This document shows positions 39,299 through 49,345 of a stretch of DNA of 64,000 nt, in pieces (position 1 is the first letter of the stretch; each line of letters begins with the position of its first letter). The notes below the pieces were generated by a model. The model did not search any database. It had not been told where the DNA came from and was given only the letters and a program-made list of their open reading frames with translations. Made by a program: the position numbers and the translations under genes. Source of the DNA: Candidatus Kapaibacterium sp. (GTDB taxonomy: Bacteria; Bacteroidota; Ignavibacteria; Kapaibacteriales; UBA4661); assembly GCA_025358765.1 (NCBI GenBank), contig JANYIG010000196.1:1734-65733 (forward strand), written 5' to 3'.

Positions 39299-41365
39299 AT
39301 GAAACAATCCCGCGCTTTGCTTCTGGCAATGCTTTCCGTTGGCTTCTCGCTATATGCGCTCACAACCACAGCGCTGGCGCAGCAAAAAAACACTGCTGAC
39401 AAAACCGTTGAAAAGACTACTCTTGACAAAACTGTCTTGGCAAAGGTTGGTAAAGAAAGCATCACCTATAAAATGCTCGAAGATGCGTATCGCAAAAATA
39501 TGAGCAGCAAAACAACACAGTTTTCCCAGCTTTCCGCCGATAGTTTGAAGGATTTTTTGAACCTCTATGTGAATTATCGTCTGAAAGTGCAAGATGCCAT
39601 CGGGCGTGGCTATAACAAGAAGCCGGAAATTGTCATGGACATCAAACAAAATCGTGTGTCGCTGGCAACGCCATATTTCTGGGAACGCAAACTCACGAAT
39701 CCTACAGTTAATTTGGCGGTAGAGCGCCGCAAAAAGGAATTTAAGGTTGGCTTGATTTTGTCAAATATTTTGAGCGATTCCGTAGCTGCCTACAAACGAG
39801 CATTAAAGCTGATTGACATGCTCAAAAGCGGCACGGATTTCGTGCAGTTGGCAAAAGATTCTACCGATGACCAGTTTGGCAAAAACGAAGGCGGCGTGTA
39901 CGGACCAGTCACAAGTTTTCAGCTTTTACGCCAGATAGAAAACTTTGTGTACACCGCAAAACCCGGCGACATCTGCTCAACACCAATTCGCACTTTGCCC
40001 GGCACACCGCCTGGATACTTCATTGCAAAGCTGATGGAGATACGTCCGCGTATCTCTGTTTTGCCGCGCCAGATTACCTTTAATTTCGTAAATGCCCAGA
40101 CGGCGACTGATTCCGCGGCGGTTTGGCAGCGTGCCGATAGTGTATTAAAACTTCTCCGCAATGGTGCCGATTTTGCTCAATTAGCACGTGCCATCTCCGA
40201 CGAAAAAGCAACAAGCGAGAATGGCGGTAAATTTATTTCGGCATATTCGTACAGCACAGGTTATCTGAACGGCACTCGCTATCGTGTGCCGAAGCCAGTG
40301 GTGGACAAACTTTATGCGATGAAGGATGGTGAGCTTTCCGACGTTGTAAAATCGGATTTGGGGTTGCACATTTTACGCCGTGATTCTTCATTTGTAGCGG
40401 GTGACGACCGTGAGGAACTGAAGAAATTCTACAAACGAGTTCACTTTGATACAGACAGATTGGCATTTTTAGATTCCGTCAAAAAAGCTCGCAAATTTGC
40501 TGTTGTCACAAAGACGCTTGATGCGTTCCTGAAAGCCGTTGACACGACGAAAACATTCGACAGCACACAGAGTACGAAACTCCCCAAAAAACTTCTGAAA
40601 GAGCCAATGTTCGCAATGGCAAAAACGCCGTTAAGCGTACAGCGTTTCAGCGACTCACTCATAAAATCGCCCAATCTCAAGGGCTTCACAATGAACCACG
40701 AAGGCACAACCCAAGCGCTTCGCAAATTAGTTGACGGTATGCTCGTGGAAATGCTGACGAACAACCTTGAAACTGAATACCCTGAATTTGGTGCGTTGAT
40801 GCGGGAATTTCAGGAAGGAATTTTGATTTTCCGCGTTGAGGAGCAAGAAATTTGGAATAAAATGAAGTTCGACACCCTGCGTGCCCGCACGTATCACGAT
40901 TCGCTCAAAACGAAATTTATGACTGAGGTGAAGTACGATTGCTCGGAAATCTATGTAAAAGATTCCGCAAAGGCACAAAAAATCTACGCTCAACTCAAAA
41001 CTGGGGTAAAATTTGATTCGCTTGCAGCAGCAATAACCGAGCGCGAAGGTTTTGCCATGAAAAAAGGACGCTGGGGCGAAGAACCTATCTACGCAAACAT
41101 CTTTATCAATGCCGTTGCAAAAGCAAAAGTCGGAGAGTTTATAGCGCCGATGGCGTTTCAGAGCGGCTACAGCATTGGTAAGCTCAATGCTATTATTCCA
41201 GCGCGGCAAAAATCGTTCGACGAAGCATTGCCGGACTTTGCCGCACAATTTCAGGATATGACCCAGCACGAGTTCTCGCAGAAATGGACAGCAGCCTTGC
41301 GTACAAAATATCCTGTAACGATTGACTTCGGCACAATTGAAAAACTTTGGCATCGGACGAACTAA
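39299..41365 (+). CDS. Large periplasmic parvulin-type peptidyl-prolyl isomerase / chaperone (SurA/PpiD-like)
   Basis: A signal peptide is present (MKQSRALLLAMLSVGFSLYALTTTALAQ). Several PpiC-like segments are visible (..GGVYGPVTSFQL.., ..GGKFISAYS.., LGLHILR). Confidence 0.7.
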   Translation: MKQSRALLLAMLSVGFSLYALTTTALAQQKNTADKTVEKTTLDKTVLAKVGKESITYKMLEDAYRKNMSSKTTQFSQLSADSLKDFLNLYVNYRLKVQDAIGRGYNKKPEIVMDIKQNRVSLATPYFWERKLTNPTVNLAVERRKKEFKVGLILSNILSDSVAAYKRALKLIDMLKSGTDFVQLAKDSTDDQFGKNEGGVYGPVTSFQLLRQIENFVYTAKPGDICSTPIRTLPGTPPGYFIAKLMEIRPRISVLPRQITFNFVNAQTATDSAAVWQRADSVLKLLRNGADFAQLARAISDEKATSENGGKFISAYSYSTGYLNGTRYRVPKPVVDKLYAMKDGELSDVVKSDLGLHILRRDSSFVAGDDREELKKFYKRVHFDTDRLAFLDSVKKARKFAVVTKTLDAFLKAVDTTKTFDSTQSTKLPKKLLKEPMFAMAKTPLSVQRFSDSLIKSPNLKGFTMNHEGTTQALRKLVDGMLVEMLTNNLETEYPEFGALMREFQEGILIFRVEEQEIWNKMKFDTLRARTYHDSLKTKFMTEVKYDCSEIYVKDSAKAQKIYAQLKTGVKFDSLAAAITEREGFAMKKGRWGEEPIYANIFINAVAKAKVGEFIAPMAFQSGYSIGKLNAIIPARQKSFDEALPDFAAQFQDMTQHEFSQKWTAALRTKYPVTIDFGTIEKLWHRTN

Positions 41366-41415
41366 ATCTCAACAATCCATAATTCTGCCTTCATTCGTTT
41401 GAACGTACAACCACT

Positions 41416-42744
41416 ATGAACACCATATCTCGCATTATTCACCGAAGCGTCGTTTGCGCTTGTGTCCTCATAGCGAGTGTGCAAGCCGCTTCCGCGCAGT
41501 ACAAAGCGGGCGAGGCAGTTGACAAAATCGTTGCCGTCGTTGGCAATGAAATCATTTTGCAGTCCGACGTGATGAGCAACGTGATGATGGCTGCACAACA
41601 AGACCGCCGCTTGAACCCAACCGACCCGAAAGTGCTTAGTCGCGCTTTAGATATGCTCATCAACGACCGTTTGGTGATTATCAAAGCGCAAGAAGACAGC
41701 GTGACGGCAACGGAGGAGGAAATCAGCGAACGCTTGGAGTTCCAATTGCAAGGGCTTCGTAGCCAAGTTGGTTCCGACAAACGTATTGAAGCGCTTTACG
41801 GCATGTCTATCGCACAAATCAAACGCGAATTCCGCGACGACATTCGCAAACGCCTCCTTTCCGAAAAAATTTCGCAGCAAAAATTTGCAGGTATTAAAGT
41901 TTCTGCTAAAGAAGTACAGGATTTTTTTAAACAATTTAAAGACTCCATTCCGAAAGTGCCGCCGCAATACGAATTGTACCACATCGTGAAATACGTGGAT
42001 GCCTCGAATGCCGCAAAGGAGAAGATGTTGGCGCTTGCTCAAAAAGTACGAGATTCACTCGTAGCGGGTGGAAAATTTGCCGAATTTGCCAAACGCTATA
42101 GCGATGATCCGGGGTCAAAGGGAGCCGGCGGCGATTTAGGGTTAGTGAATCGTGGGAATTTTATTGCAGAGTTCGAGAAAATGGCGTATTCGCTGCAACC
42201 CAATGAGATTTCGCAGCCTGTGGAAACGCCATTTGGCTACCACATCATCCAGCTGATTGAAAAACAGGAAAATGCGGTCAACACACGGCATATCCTCTTC
42301 AAAATCGGTCAAACCGAAGATGATGGAAACCGTGCGAAAAAATTCTTGGACTCACTCAAACAACGCACGGAAAAATCTGAATCGTTTGAGGATTTTGCAA
42401 AAATGTACTCAGACGATACCGATACAAAAGCCTTTGGTGGCTCGTTGGGTCGCATCGAAACGGCAAGGATGTCGGAGGCATTGATTACAACGGATGTACA
42501 AGCAAAAATTGAGAAATTACCGGATGGTGGCGTTGTGGAACCAACTACATATGCACCGCCATCGGGTACAAAAAGTGGTTATCGGATTATCTGGCGCAAA
42601 AAATTCTTTGGCGAGCATCAAATCGCGCTTGAGAATGATTACAAGCGCGTTGAACAGCTTGCAACCGCGCAAAAACGGGCAAAACTTTACGAGGATTGGA
42701 TGAAAGAACTTCGCAGAACGATTTACTGGGAAGTGAAAAAATGA
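41416..42744 (+). CDS. surA: SurA-like periplasmic chaperone / PPIase
   Basis: It has a signal peptide, a SurA N-terminal domain (DKIVAVVGNEIILQSD) and a parvulin domain (GGDLGLVNRGNFIAEFEKMAYSL...PFGYHIIQL). Confidence 0.8.
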   Translation: MNTISRIIHRSVVCACVLIASVQAASAQYKAGEAVDKIVAVVGNEIILQSDVMSNVMMAAQQDRRLNPTDPKVLSRALDMLINDRLVIIKAQEDSVTATEEEISERLEFQLQGLRSQVGSDKRIEALYGMSIAQIKREFRDDIRKRLLSEKISQQKFAGIKVSAKEVQDFFKQFKDSIPKVPPQYELYHIVKYVDASNAAKEKMLALAQKVRDSLVAGGKFAEFAKRYSDDPGSKGAGGDLGLVNRGNFIAEFEKMAYSLQPNEISQPVETPFGYHIIQLIEKQENAVNTRHILFKIGQTEDDGNRAKKFLDSLKQRTEKSESFEDFAKMYSDDTDTKAFGGSLGRIETARMSEALITTDVQAKIEKLPDGGVVEPTTYAPPSGTKSGYRIIWRKKFFGEHQIALENDYKRVEQLATAQKRAKLYEDWMKELRRTIYWEVKK

Positions 42745-43367
42745 TAGACATCCTTCATGCTGATTTTGTTCTGGGAGCCACACAGCCTGTCCATTTTCCA
42801 AAATCGGCACTACCGGAAATCGCGTTTATTGGTCGCTCAAACGTTGGGAAATCGTCATTGTTGAACAGCATTGTGCGCCGCAAAAACCTCGCACACGTGA
42901 GTGGTACGCCCGGCAAAACGCAACAAATCAATTTTTTTACGATAAACGGCATCTGGATGTTCGCGGATTTGCCCGGATTTGGCTACGCAAAAGCGTCGAA
43001 GCAAGAACGCAAGCAGTGGGCGGGTTTGGCAGACGCATATTTAAAAAAACGAGAGCAGCTACGCTTGGTGTGTTTTCTGATGGACAGTCGCCACGACCCT
43101 TCCAATCCTGAATTGGCGATGATAGAAGAATTGGAACTTGCTGGTAGGCGTTTTGCCATCATTCTCACAAAAAAAGATAAAATTTCTGCAAAAGCAGCCG
43201 CAGAGCGCGAAGCGCAGCTACGCGAGGTGACGCAATTTTGTGAAGGTTGTGTAGAAATTCTACCGTATTCGGTTGTCACAAACGATACGCGTCCAAATTT
43301 ACTGGCGATTATCAAACGCGAGGCAAACGCGATAGTCGTCAATGAACAGAAGAATAATGAACAATGA
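42741..43367 (+). CDS. engB: Ribosome-biogenesis GTPase EngB/YihA
   Basis: GTPase motifs are present: G1 GRSNVGKSSLLN, G2 GKTQ, G3 DLPGFGYA and G4 TKKDK. Its ATG overlaps the surA stop (ATGA at 42741-42744). Confidence 0.9.
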   Translation: MIDILHADFVLGATQPVHFPKSALPEIAFIGRSNVGKSSLLNSIVRRKNLAHVSGTPGKTQQINFFTINGIWMFADLPGFGYAKASKQERKQWAGLADAYLKKREQLRLVCFLMDSRHDPSNPELAMIEELELAGRRFAIILTKKDKISAKAAAEREAQLREVTQFCEGCVEILPYSVVTNDTRPNLLAIIKREANAIVVNEQKNNEQ

Positions 43368-43399
43368 AATTTTCCAAAAGGGGTTAGCAGTAGAATATT

Positions 43400-43951
43400 A
43401 TGCCAAATAAAAAATCAAACGCGAAGCACAAAACAGCCAAGAAAGAAGCACCAATGCCGCTTGTAGGCATCATCATGGGTAGTGATTCCGATTTACCGAC
43501 CATGCAACACGCGGCAGATGTATGTAAACAATTTGGGGTGAGCTACGAAATGCGAGTTGTTTCGGCACATAGAACGCCTCAGGACATGGCGCAATACGCC
43601 CTCACGGCACACGAACGCGGGCTAAAGGTGATTGTCGCCGGTGCTGGCGGCGCGGCGCATTTGCCGGGCATGGTGGCATCACATACTTCGCTTCCCGTGA
43701 TTGGCGTTCCAGTGCAAACGACGGCGCTCATGGGTTTGGATGCGCTGTTGTCCATCGTGCAGATGCCGGGCGGTGTTCCGGTGGCAACGGTTGCCATTGG
43801 CGGCGCAAAAAATGCGGGTTTGTTGGCGGTGCAAATTCTGGCAATAAACAACGAAGAGCTTCATCAGCGCCTTTTGGATTACAAAAAGCATATTGCTGAC
43901 GAATCGCGTAAGAAGAATAATCACGCTGCCTTCAAGGGTAAATCCGTTTGA
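43400..43951 (+). CDS. purE: N5-carboxyaminoimidazole ribonucleotide mutase PurE
   Basis: Motifs [21 protein letters not shown] and [21 protein letters not shown] are present. Confidence 0.9.
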   Translation: MPNKKSNAKHKTAKKEAPMPLVGIIMGSDSDLPTMQHAADVCKQFGVSYEMRVVSAHRTPQDMAQYALTAHERGLKVIVAGAGGAAHLPGMVASHTSLPVIGVPVQTTALMGLDALLSIVQMPGGVPVATVAIGGAKNAGLLAVQILAINNEELHQRLLDYKKHIADESRKKNNHAAFKGKSV

Positions 43952-43970
43952 TGATGATCACGTATCGAAT

Positions 43971-44045
43971 GGAGTACGAACGGAAGTTCGTCAATGATTG
44001 AACCTCTCGACGCATTGCGCGTCTGCAAATTTCCGTTCGTACTCC
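43971..44045. terminator. 15-bp perfect inverted repeat between convergent purE and ald (possible bidirectional terminator)
   Basis: GGAGTACGAACGGAA (43971-43985) pairs with TTCCGTTCGTACTCC (44031-44045). The 45-nt loop contains an inner hairpin GACGCattgcGCGTC. There is no clear U-run. Confidence 0.35.
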
Positions 44046-44087
44046 AGACTTTGTTATTCCATTAATCCGCCGTTGGTAATACACCTT

Positions 44088-45203
44088 TTACGAAACAAAC
44101 TTCGTCGAATCTTGGTAAGGGAAATCAAATGCCTCAGCAACCGCTTTATACGTGATTTCGCCGCGATAGATGTTCAAACCTGCCCGTAGTTCTGCACTTT
44201 CAATAATAGCTTTTTTGTAGCCTTTGTTGGCGAGTTGAAGCGCGTACGGAAAGGTTGCGTTTGTAAGGGCAATCGTGGACGTAAATGGCACTGCGCCCGG
44301 CATGTTTGCTACGCAATAATGCAGCACACCGTCAATGGTGTACGTTGGATTATCATGTGTGGTTGGTGTACTCGTCTCGAAACACCCGCCCTGGTCAATC
44401 GCCACATCTACTAATACTGCTCCTTCTTTCATGTCTTTGAGCATATCGCGGGTGATAAGTTTCGGAGCCAGTGCGCCCGGAATCAACACGCCACCAATGA
44501 TCAAATCTGCCGTTTTACTTACTTCGCGGATGGTATAAGGATTCGACATCATCGTCACCACGTTTTTCGGCATCACATCGTCCAGATAGCGCAAACGGTA
44601 AAGATTGGTATCCAATATGGAAACTCGTGCTCCCAATCCTGCCGCAATCTTTGCCGCGTTTGTTCCGACAATCCCTCCGCCTAACACGACAACATCTGCT
44701 GGAGCCGTTCCCGGAACACCGCCCAAAAGAATGCCACGTCCACCCATTGCCCGTTCGAGATATTTGGAGCCTTCGTGAGCCGCCATGCGCCCTGCAACTT
44801 CACTCATCGGAATCAGGAGTGGTAACGAACCATCGGCACGTTGTACGGTCTCGTAGGCAATGGCAATGCACTCGCTTTCAATGATTGCCTCGGTGAGTTC
44901 ACGTGCTGCCGCAAAGTGAAAATAGGTAAAGAGTATTTGCCCCTCACGAATCAACTCATATTCCGGCTCAATCGGCTCTTTTACCTTTACAATCATCTGC
45001 GCTCGTTCATAAACTTCCTGAGCGCTGTTCACGATTTCCGCTCCCGCTTTGATGTATGTTTCGTCTGGAAACCCACTACCTTTGCCAGCAGTTGTTTCTA
45101 CGATAATCTCATGCCCGTGTTGCTTGAGAACTTCTACGCCAGAAGGAACCAAGCCAACACGATTTTCGTATGCTTTTATCTCTTTAGGAACACCGATAAT
45201 CAT
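44088..45203 (-). CDS. ald: Alanine dehydrogenase
   Basis: The N-terminus is MIIGVPKEIKAYENRVGLVPSG and the NAD-binding motif is VVVLGGGIVGTNAA. The 371-aa length is typical of Ald. Confidence 0.92.
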   Translation of the reverse strand: MIIGVPKEIKAYENRVGLVPSGVEVLKQHGHEIIVETTAGKGSGFPDETYIKAGAEIVNSAQEVYERAQMIVKVKEPIEPEYELIREGQILFTYFHFAAARELTEAIIESECIAIAYETVQRADGSLPLLIPMSEVAGRMAAHEGSKYLERAMGGRGILLGGVPGTAPADVVVLGGGIVGTNAAKIAAGLGARVSILDTNLYRLRYLDDVMPKNVVTMMSNPYTIREVSKTADLIIGGVLIPGALAPKLITRDMLKDMKEGAVLVDVAIDQGGCFETSTPTTHDNPTYTIDGVLHYCVANMPGAVPFTSTIALTNATFPYALQLANKGYKKAIIESAELRAGLNIYRGEITYKAVAEAFDFPYQDSTKFVS

Positions 45204-45339
45204 AGTTGTAAGAAATTAGGAATGAAGAATGAAGAATTACGAATCACAGGTTGTTGTTTGGAGCAATCGTATCAACGGAAGTGGACGTGCGAAAGTACGA
45301 AAAAATCGTCATTCGAGCGTGGGAATTTCTTGGAAATTT

Positions 45340-45921
45340 TTAATTCAAGGAAGGATGTTCCGGCGTGTTTCCAAGAACAATATAGTCACCACCGAGACTT
45401 CGCACCGAGCGTGTCCACATATTTTTGGTGGTTTCGGCAAAGACAACATCAGCGCTGTCGTGCTGAAGCAACCAGGATTGCTCCCCGATTTCACCATCTA
45501 ATTGCCCGCTTCCCCAGCCCGCATAACCCACAAAAAAGCGAACATCATTTGACACGATAGCACCGTGAGCAATGAGGTCATAAAGCACGTCGAAACTACC
45601 GCCCCAGTACACACCTTTTGTTACCTCGACAGCACCCGGAATGTGCGTTCCCAAACGGTGAACGCAGTGCAACGTATCCGTCTGACACGGTCCACCCCAG
45701 TACAAGGGAATTGCGGATGCAAGCGTACTCAGAGCTGAGGGTTCATCCGGTAAAATCTGGCTCAATGTGGTTTCTAATCTACGATTCAAGACATATCCAA
45801 GCGTACCTTCGTCCGAGTGTTCCGCAAGAAAAATAACCACCCGCTTGAAATTAGATTCAAGCAGCGTTGGGTGTGCAATAAGCAGCGAGCCGGATGTTAC
45901 AGTGTTGGGCACAAACAACAT
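45340..45921 (-). CDS. YqgE/AlgH-family (UPF0301) protein
   Basis: Motifs GSLLIAHPTL.ESNFKRVVIFLAEHSDEGTLGYVLN and GWGSGQLDGEI are present. Confidence 0.8.
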   Translation of the reverse strand: MLFVPNTVTSGSLLIAHPTLLESNFKRVVIFLAEHSDEGTLGYVLNRRLETTLSQILPDEPSALSTLASAIPLYWGGPCQTDTLHCVHRLGTHIPGAVEVTKGVYWGGSFDVLYDLIAHGAIVSNDVRFFVGYAGWGSGQLDGEIGEQSWLLQHDSADVVFAETTKNMWTRSVRSLGGDYIVLGNTPEHPSLN

Positions 45922-46005
45922 GCCTCAATATGGGTGCAAAAAACGAGAGCTTGTTTACCTATTTTTCACCTATTCCGTTCGCCAAGCGCTACTGCTCATC
46001 AATCA

Positions 46006-47322
46006 TTAGTGCTCACCAAGTTCACGCAAAAGTGCTTGGCGCTCAATTTCAAGCTGGCGAATTTTGCGTTCAACAGAATCAAGTTCTTCCGGCATAGAAT
46101 CAATCTCAATACGGAGTTTGCTGGCGGATTCGTCCATGAGGTCAATTGCCTTGTCCGGCAAAAATCGGTCAGTAATATAGCGGTGCGAAAGTTGCGCTGC
46201 TGCCACAATTGCTGCATCAGTGATACGGACACCGTGATGAACCTCGTAACGCTCCTTCAAGCCACGCAAAATCGAAATTGTGTCTTCCACACTCGGTTCG
46301 GCAATATACACTTTTTGAAAACGACGCTCAAGAGCGGCATCTTTTTCGATATATTTCTGAAACTCATCTAATGTAGTTGCGCCGATGCAGCGCAAATCGC
46401 CCCGCGCTAATGCGGGTTTGAGAATATTTGCAGCATCCATACTGCCGCCGGAAACCGCACCAGCACCGACGAGTGTATGTAATTCATCAATAAATAAAAT
46501 AATCTCGCCGTTAGATTCTGCTACTTCTTGTACAACAGCTTTTAAGCGCTCTTCAAACTGTCCACGAAATCCTGTTCCCGCCACAATCGCGCTCATATCA
46601 AGCGCAATGATGGTTTTGGTTTTGAGGCTTTCCGGCACATCCCCCTCAATAATACGCCGTGCCAACCCTTCTGCAATGGCGGTTTTGCCCACGCCCGGTT
46701 CACCAATAAGGACGGGATTGTTTTTTGTGCGGCGCGAAAGAACTTGTAACACCCGCCGAATCTCGTCTTCACGACCAATCGTCGGGTCGAGTTTTCCTTT
46801 GCGTGCCTCGTCGTTTAGCACCCGCCCGTAGCGTTTGAGTGCTTGATATTTGTCTTCAGGATTTTGGTCGGTAACACGCCGCGAGCCGCGAAAATCCTTG
46901 AGGATTTTAAGAATGCTGTCTTTGGTAACGCCTTGATCGCGAAGCAGCTGTGCAATAGGTGTTTTTTGGTCGGCAGAGGAAATGAGAATATGTTCTGTAC
47001 TCACGTATTCGTCACGCAGGCTTTGTGCCTCGTTTAGTGCCGATTCAAGCAATGCGGAAAGGTCGCGTCCTACGTACTGATTGCCCAATAGCGCACCGCT
47101 TATTTTGGGAAGTTTTTCGACTTCTTCTTCCATTTTTCCCTTCAAATACTCAATGTTTGCGCCGAGTTTAAGGAGCATCGGAGGGATAATGCCGCCTTCG
47201 TCCTGTAGTAGTGCCAACAGGACGTGAACAGGTTCAATCGCTTGGTGATTATTGCCAGAGGCAATTTCTTGTGCTTTTTGAATGGCTTCCTGAGCCTTGA
47301 GGGTGAGTTTCTGGAAGTTCAT
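46006..47322 (-). CDS. clpB: ClpB-like AAA+ disaggregase, truncated: N-domain + NBD1 + first part of the M-domain only (possible pseudogene)
   Basis: It has the Clp N-domain repeats, Walker [13 protein letters not shown], Walker [15 protein letters not shown], and [28 protein letters not shown]. The ORF then ends at ...[15 protein letters not shown], equivalent to about residue 437 of the ~857-aa E. coli ClpB. No NBD2 (GPTGVGKTE...) is found in any frame of the window. Confidence 0.75.
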   Translation of the reverse strand: MNFQKLTLKAQEAIQKAQEIASGNNHQAIEPVHVLLALLQDEGGIIPPMLLKLGANIEYLKGKMEEEVEKLPKISGALLGNQYVGRDLSALLESALNEAQSLRDEYVSTEHILISSADQKTPIAQLLRDQGVTKDSILKILKDFRGSRRVTDQNPEDKYQALKRYGRVLNDEARKGKLDPTIGREDEIRRVLQVLSRRTKNNPVLIGEPGVGKTAIAEGLARRIIEGDVPESLKTKTIIALDMSAIVAGTGFRGQFEERLKAVVQEVAESNGEIILFIDELHTLVGAGAVSGGSMDAANILKPALARGDLRCIGATTLDEFQKYIEKDAALERRFQKVYIAEPSVEDTISILRGLKERYEVHHGVRITDAAIVAAAQLSHRYITDRFLPDKAIDLMDESASKLRIEIDSMPEELDSVERKIRQLEIERQALLRELGEH

Positions 47323-47376
47323 ATGGGGTTTTTCGTTCGTGGCTCCTTGTTCGTAACAAATCACGAAATAACGATT

Positions 47377-47853
47377 TTACCGCGAAATTTCAAGGATTTC
47401 GTATTCAATCATACCCGCTGGAACACGCACGTTCACAATTTCGCCAATGGATTTGCCCATAAGTGCTTTGCCAACTGGCGAATTTACCGCTAATTTATTT
47501 TTCTCAAAATCCGCCTCTTCCTCGCTTACAAGCAAGTATTCAAGCGTGGCGTTGTTTTTCTTGTTTTTCAGTTTGACTTTCGATAAAATATACACTTTGT
47601 CGTTCGGGAAATCACTCGCTTCCACGCTCCGCGCCCGCGAGAGAATCGTCTGAATTTTGTTGATACGAAGTTCCATTAGGCCTTGCGCTTCTTTAGCAGC
47701 ATCATAATCGCCATTTTCTTTCAAATCGCCATGGGAGCGAGCTTCGCCGATTTTACGGGCGATATCTGCACGTCCTTTGCCCGTGAGTGCATTAAGTTCA
47801 TCCTCATATTCTTTGAGGCGTTCACGAGTCAGATAAATTGGTTGAGCGCTCAT
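47377..47853 (-). CDS. greA: Transcription elongation factor GreA
   Basis: The start is at MSAQPIYLT. The coiled-coil motif ARSHGDLKENGDYDAAKEAQ and the C-terminal domain SPVGKALMGKSIGEIV are present. The track extension to 47940 would run into the ribBA terminator hairpin. Confidence 0.9.
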   Translation of the reverse strand: MSAQPIYLTRERLKEYEDELNALTGKGRADIARKIGEARSHGDLKENGDYDAAKEAQGLMELRINKIQTILSRARSVEASDFPNDKVYILSKVKLKNKKNNATLEYLLVSEEEADFEKNKLAVNSPVGKALMGKSIGEIVNVRVPAGMIEYEILEISR

Positions 47854-47920
47854 AGCACACCATGAAATTGAAATGATAAAAGAGGGTATTGGTTCGAGAC
47901 GCTTGGCGGCTCCCTTACGA

Positions 47921-47966
47921 ACGAAAAAAAACAAAGCCATCGCTCCAGCGCCAATGGCTTTGTTTT
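47921..47966 (-). terminator. Rho-independent terminator of ribBA
   Basis: On the minus strand, AAACAAAGCCAT and ATGGCTTTGTTT form a 12-bp stem (47929-47940 / 47954-47965), followed by a run of T. Confidence 0.6.
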
Positions 47967-48034
47967 AAAGTCTGTACAAATTTCGAGATTTTCACCGAAA
48001 GTTCATAGCTTTTTTTGCTGCTATTTCTCTACCG

Positions 48035-49234
48035 TCACAAATCCAAAAGATGACCAAGTTTTGTCTTTTTCGTCCGTAAATAGTCAATATTACGGCTATT
48101 CGGTGAAACAAGGACGGGAACACGCTCAACCACTTCGAGCCCAAAACTTTCCAACCCGACGCGCTTTTGAGGGTTGTTTGTGAGCAAACGCATTTTTCGT
48201 ACACCTACGTTCACCAGAATTTGTGCGCCGATGCCGTAATCACGTGCGTCAGGATGAAAGCCTAATGCTTCATTTGCTTGCACTGTGTCCATGCCTTGTT
48301 CTTGGAGCGCATATGCACGAAGTTTGTTCACAAGCCCAATCCCGCGCCCTTCTTGACGCATATAGAGCAACACTCCTTTGCCCGCTTCGTTAATTTGCTT
48401 CAACGCAGCATCAAGCTGGGGACCACAGTCGCAGCGCACGGAGCCAAATACGTCGCCCGTCAAACATTCCGAATGCACCCGCACAAGCACGGATTCATCA
48501 GGTTCCCACGTACCTTTGACGAGTGCTACGTGCTCCTTGCCATCTACCACGTTTTCATACGCAAAGATTTTAAAGTCTCCGTGTTCGGTGGGGAGGTCAG
48601 CCGTTGCGACGCGCTTCACAAGCGTATCTGTGCGAAGGCGATAGGCAATGAGCGCTTTTACCGTAATAATTTTCAAATCATGCTCACGAGCAAATTCAAA
48701 CAGCTGCTCACCCCGCTTCATATTGCCATCATCATGGATAACTTCACAGAGAACTCCACAGGGTTTGAGTCCCGCAAGGCGCATCAAATCTACCGTTGCC
48801 TCGGTATGTCCTGCACGGCGCAACACACCACCTTCCACCGCAACGAGCGGGAAAATATGCCCCGGGCGACCTAAATCTGCCGGTGTAGTATTTGCGTCCA
48901 CTAGTGCGTGAACCGTTGCTGCACGGTCGAAAGCTGAAATGCCGGATGTTGTTTTGTGGACGTAATCTACCGATACTGTAAACTTCGTGCCATGCAGCGC
49001 CGTATTGGAGCCGACCATTGGGTGCAATCTGAGTTCTTGAGCACGCTCTTCGGTGACGGAAACACAAATAAGCCCCCGCCCTTGCATCGCCATGAAGTTG
49101 ATAATTTCTGGCGTACAGAGTTCTGAGGCGCAAATTAAATCACCTTCATTTTCGCGGTCTTCATCGTCCACAACGATAATTGTTTTCCCTTGGCGCAAGT
49201 CTTCAAGCGCTTCGAGAATAGTATTAAAATTCAT
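48035..49234 (-). CDS. ribBA: Bifunctional 3,4-dihydroxy-2-butanone-4-phosphate synthase / GTP cyclohydrolase II
   Basis: The RibB half carries [11 protein letters not shown] and GHIFPL. The RibA half carries [20 protein letters not shown] and [11 protein letters not shown]. The start is ATG at 49234 or 49249. The TTG at 49264 used by the track lies in the terminator U-run. Confidence 0.92.
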   Translation of the reverse strand: MNFNTILEALEDLRQGKTIIVVDDEDRENEGDLICASELCTPEIINFMAMQGRGLICVSVTEERAQELRLHPMVGSNTALHGTKFTVSVDYVHKTTSGISAFDRAATVHALVDANTTPADLGRPGHIFPLVAVEGGVLRRAGHTEATVDLMRLAGLKPCGVLCEVIHDDGNMKRGEQLFEFAREHDLKIITVKALIAYRLRTDTLVKRVATADLPTEHGDFKIFAYENVVDGKEHVALVKGTWEPDESVLVRVHSECLTGDVFGSVRCDCGPQLDAALKQINEAGKGVLLYMRQEGRGIGLVNKLRAYALQEQGMDTVQANEALGFHPDARDYGIGAQILVNVGVRKMRLLTNNPQKRVGLESFGLEVVERVPVLVSPNSRNIDYLRTKKTKLGHLLDL

Positions 49235-49251
49235 ACATTTGGTATTCATTT

Positions 49252-49326
49252 CGTAAAAAAACAAACAAGAATGTCTATTCCACTCCGTTCGTAATCATAA
49301 TGACGGTGTGACACGGACATTCTTGT
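49252..49326 (-). terminator. Hairpin + U-run between yajC and ribBA (terminator/attenuator)
   Basis: On the minus strand, ACAAGAATGTC and GACATTCTTGT form an 11-bp stem (49316-49326 / 49265-49275). An inner imperfect helix extends it, and it is followed by TTGTTTTTTT. Confidence 0.5.
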
Positions 49327-49345
49327 CTGAGTTCTATGCAAAATT

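Noticed and set aside
44841-46371. Plus-strand ORFs of 239 aa (44841-45560) and 184 aa (45817-46371)
   Set aside because: They are antisense to ald, yqgE and clpB and show no domain signatures.
49235-49345. Possible FMN (RFN) riboswitch upstream of ribBA
   Set aside because: The spacer is only 111 nt and is mostly a single hairpin. None of the conserved FMN-aptamer stretches is present on the minus strand, and it lacks the multi-stem junction with its CCGACAGU / GGAUGGGA-like segments.
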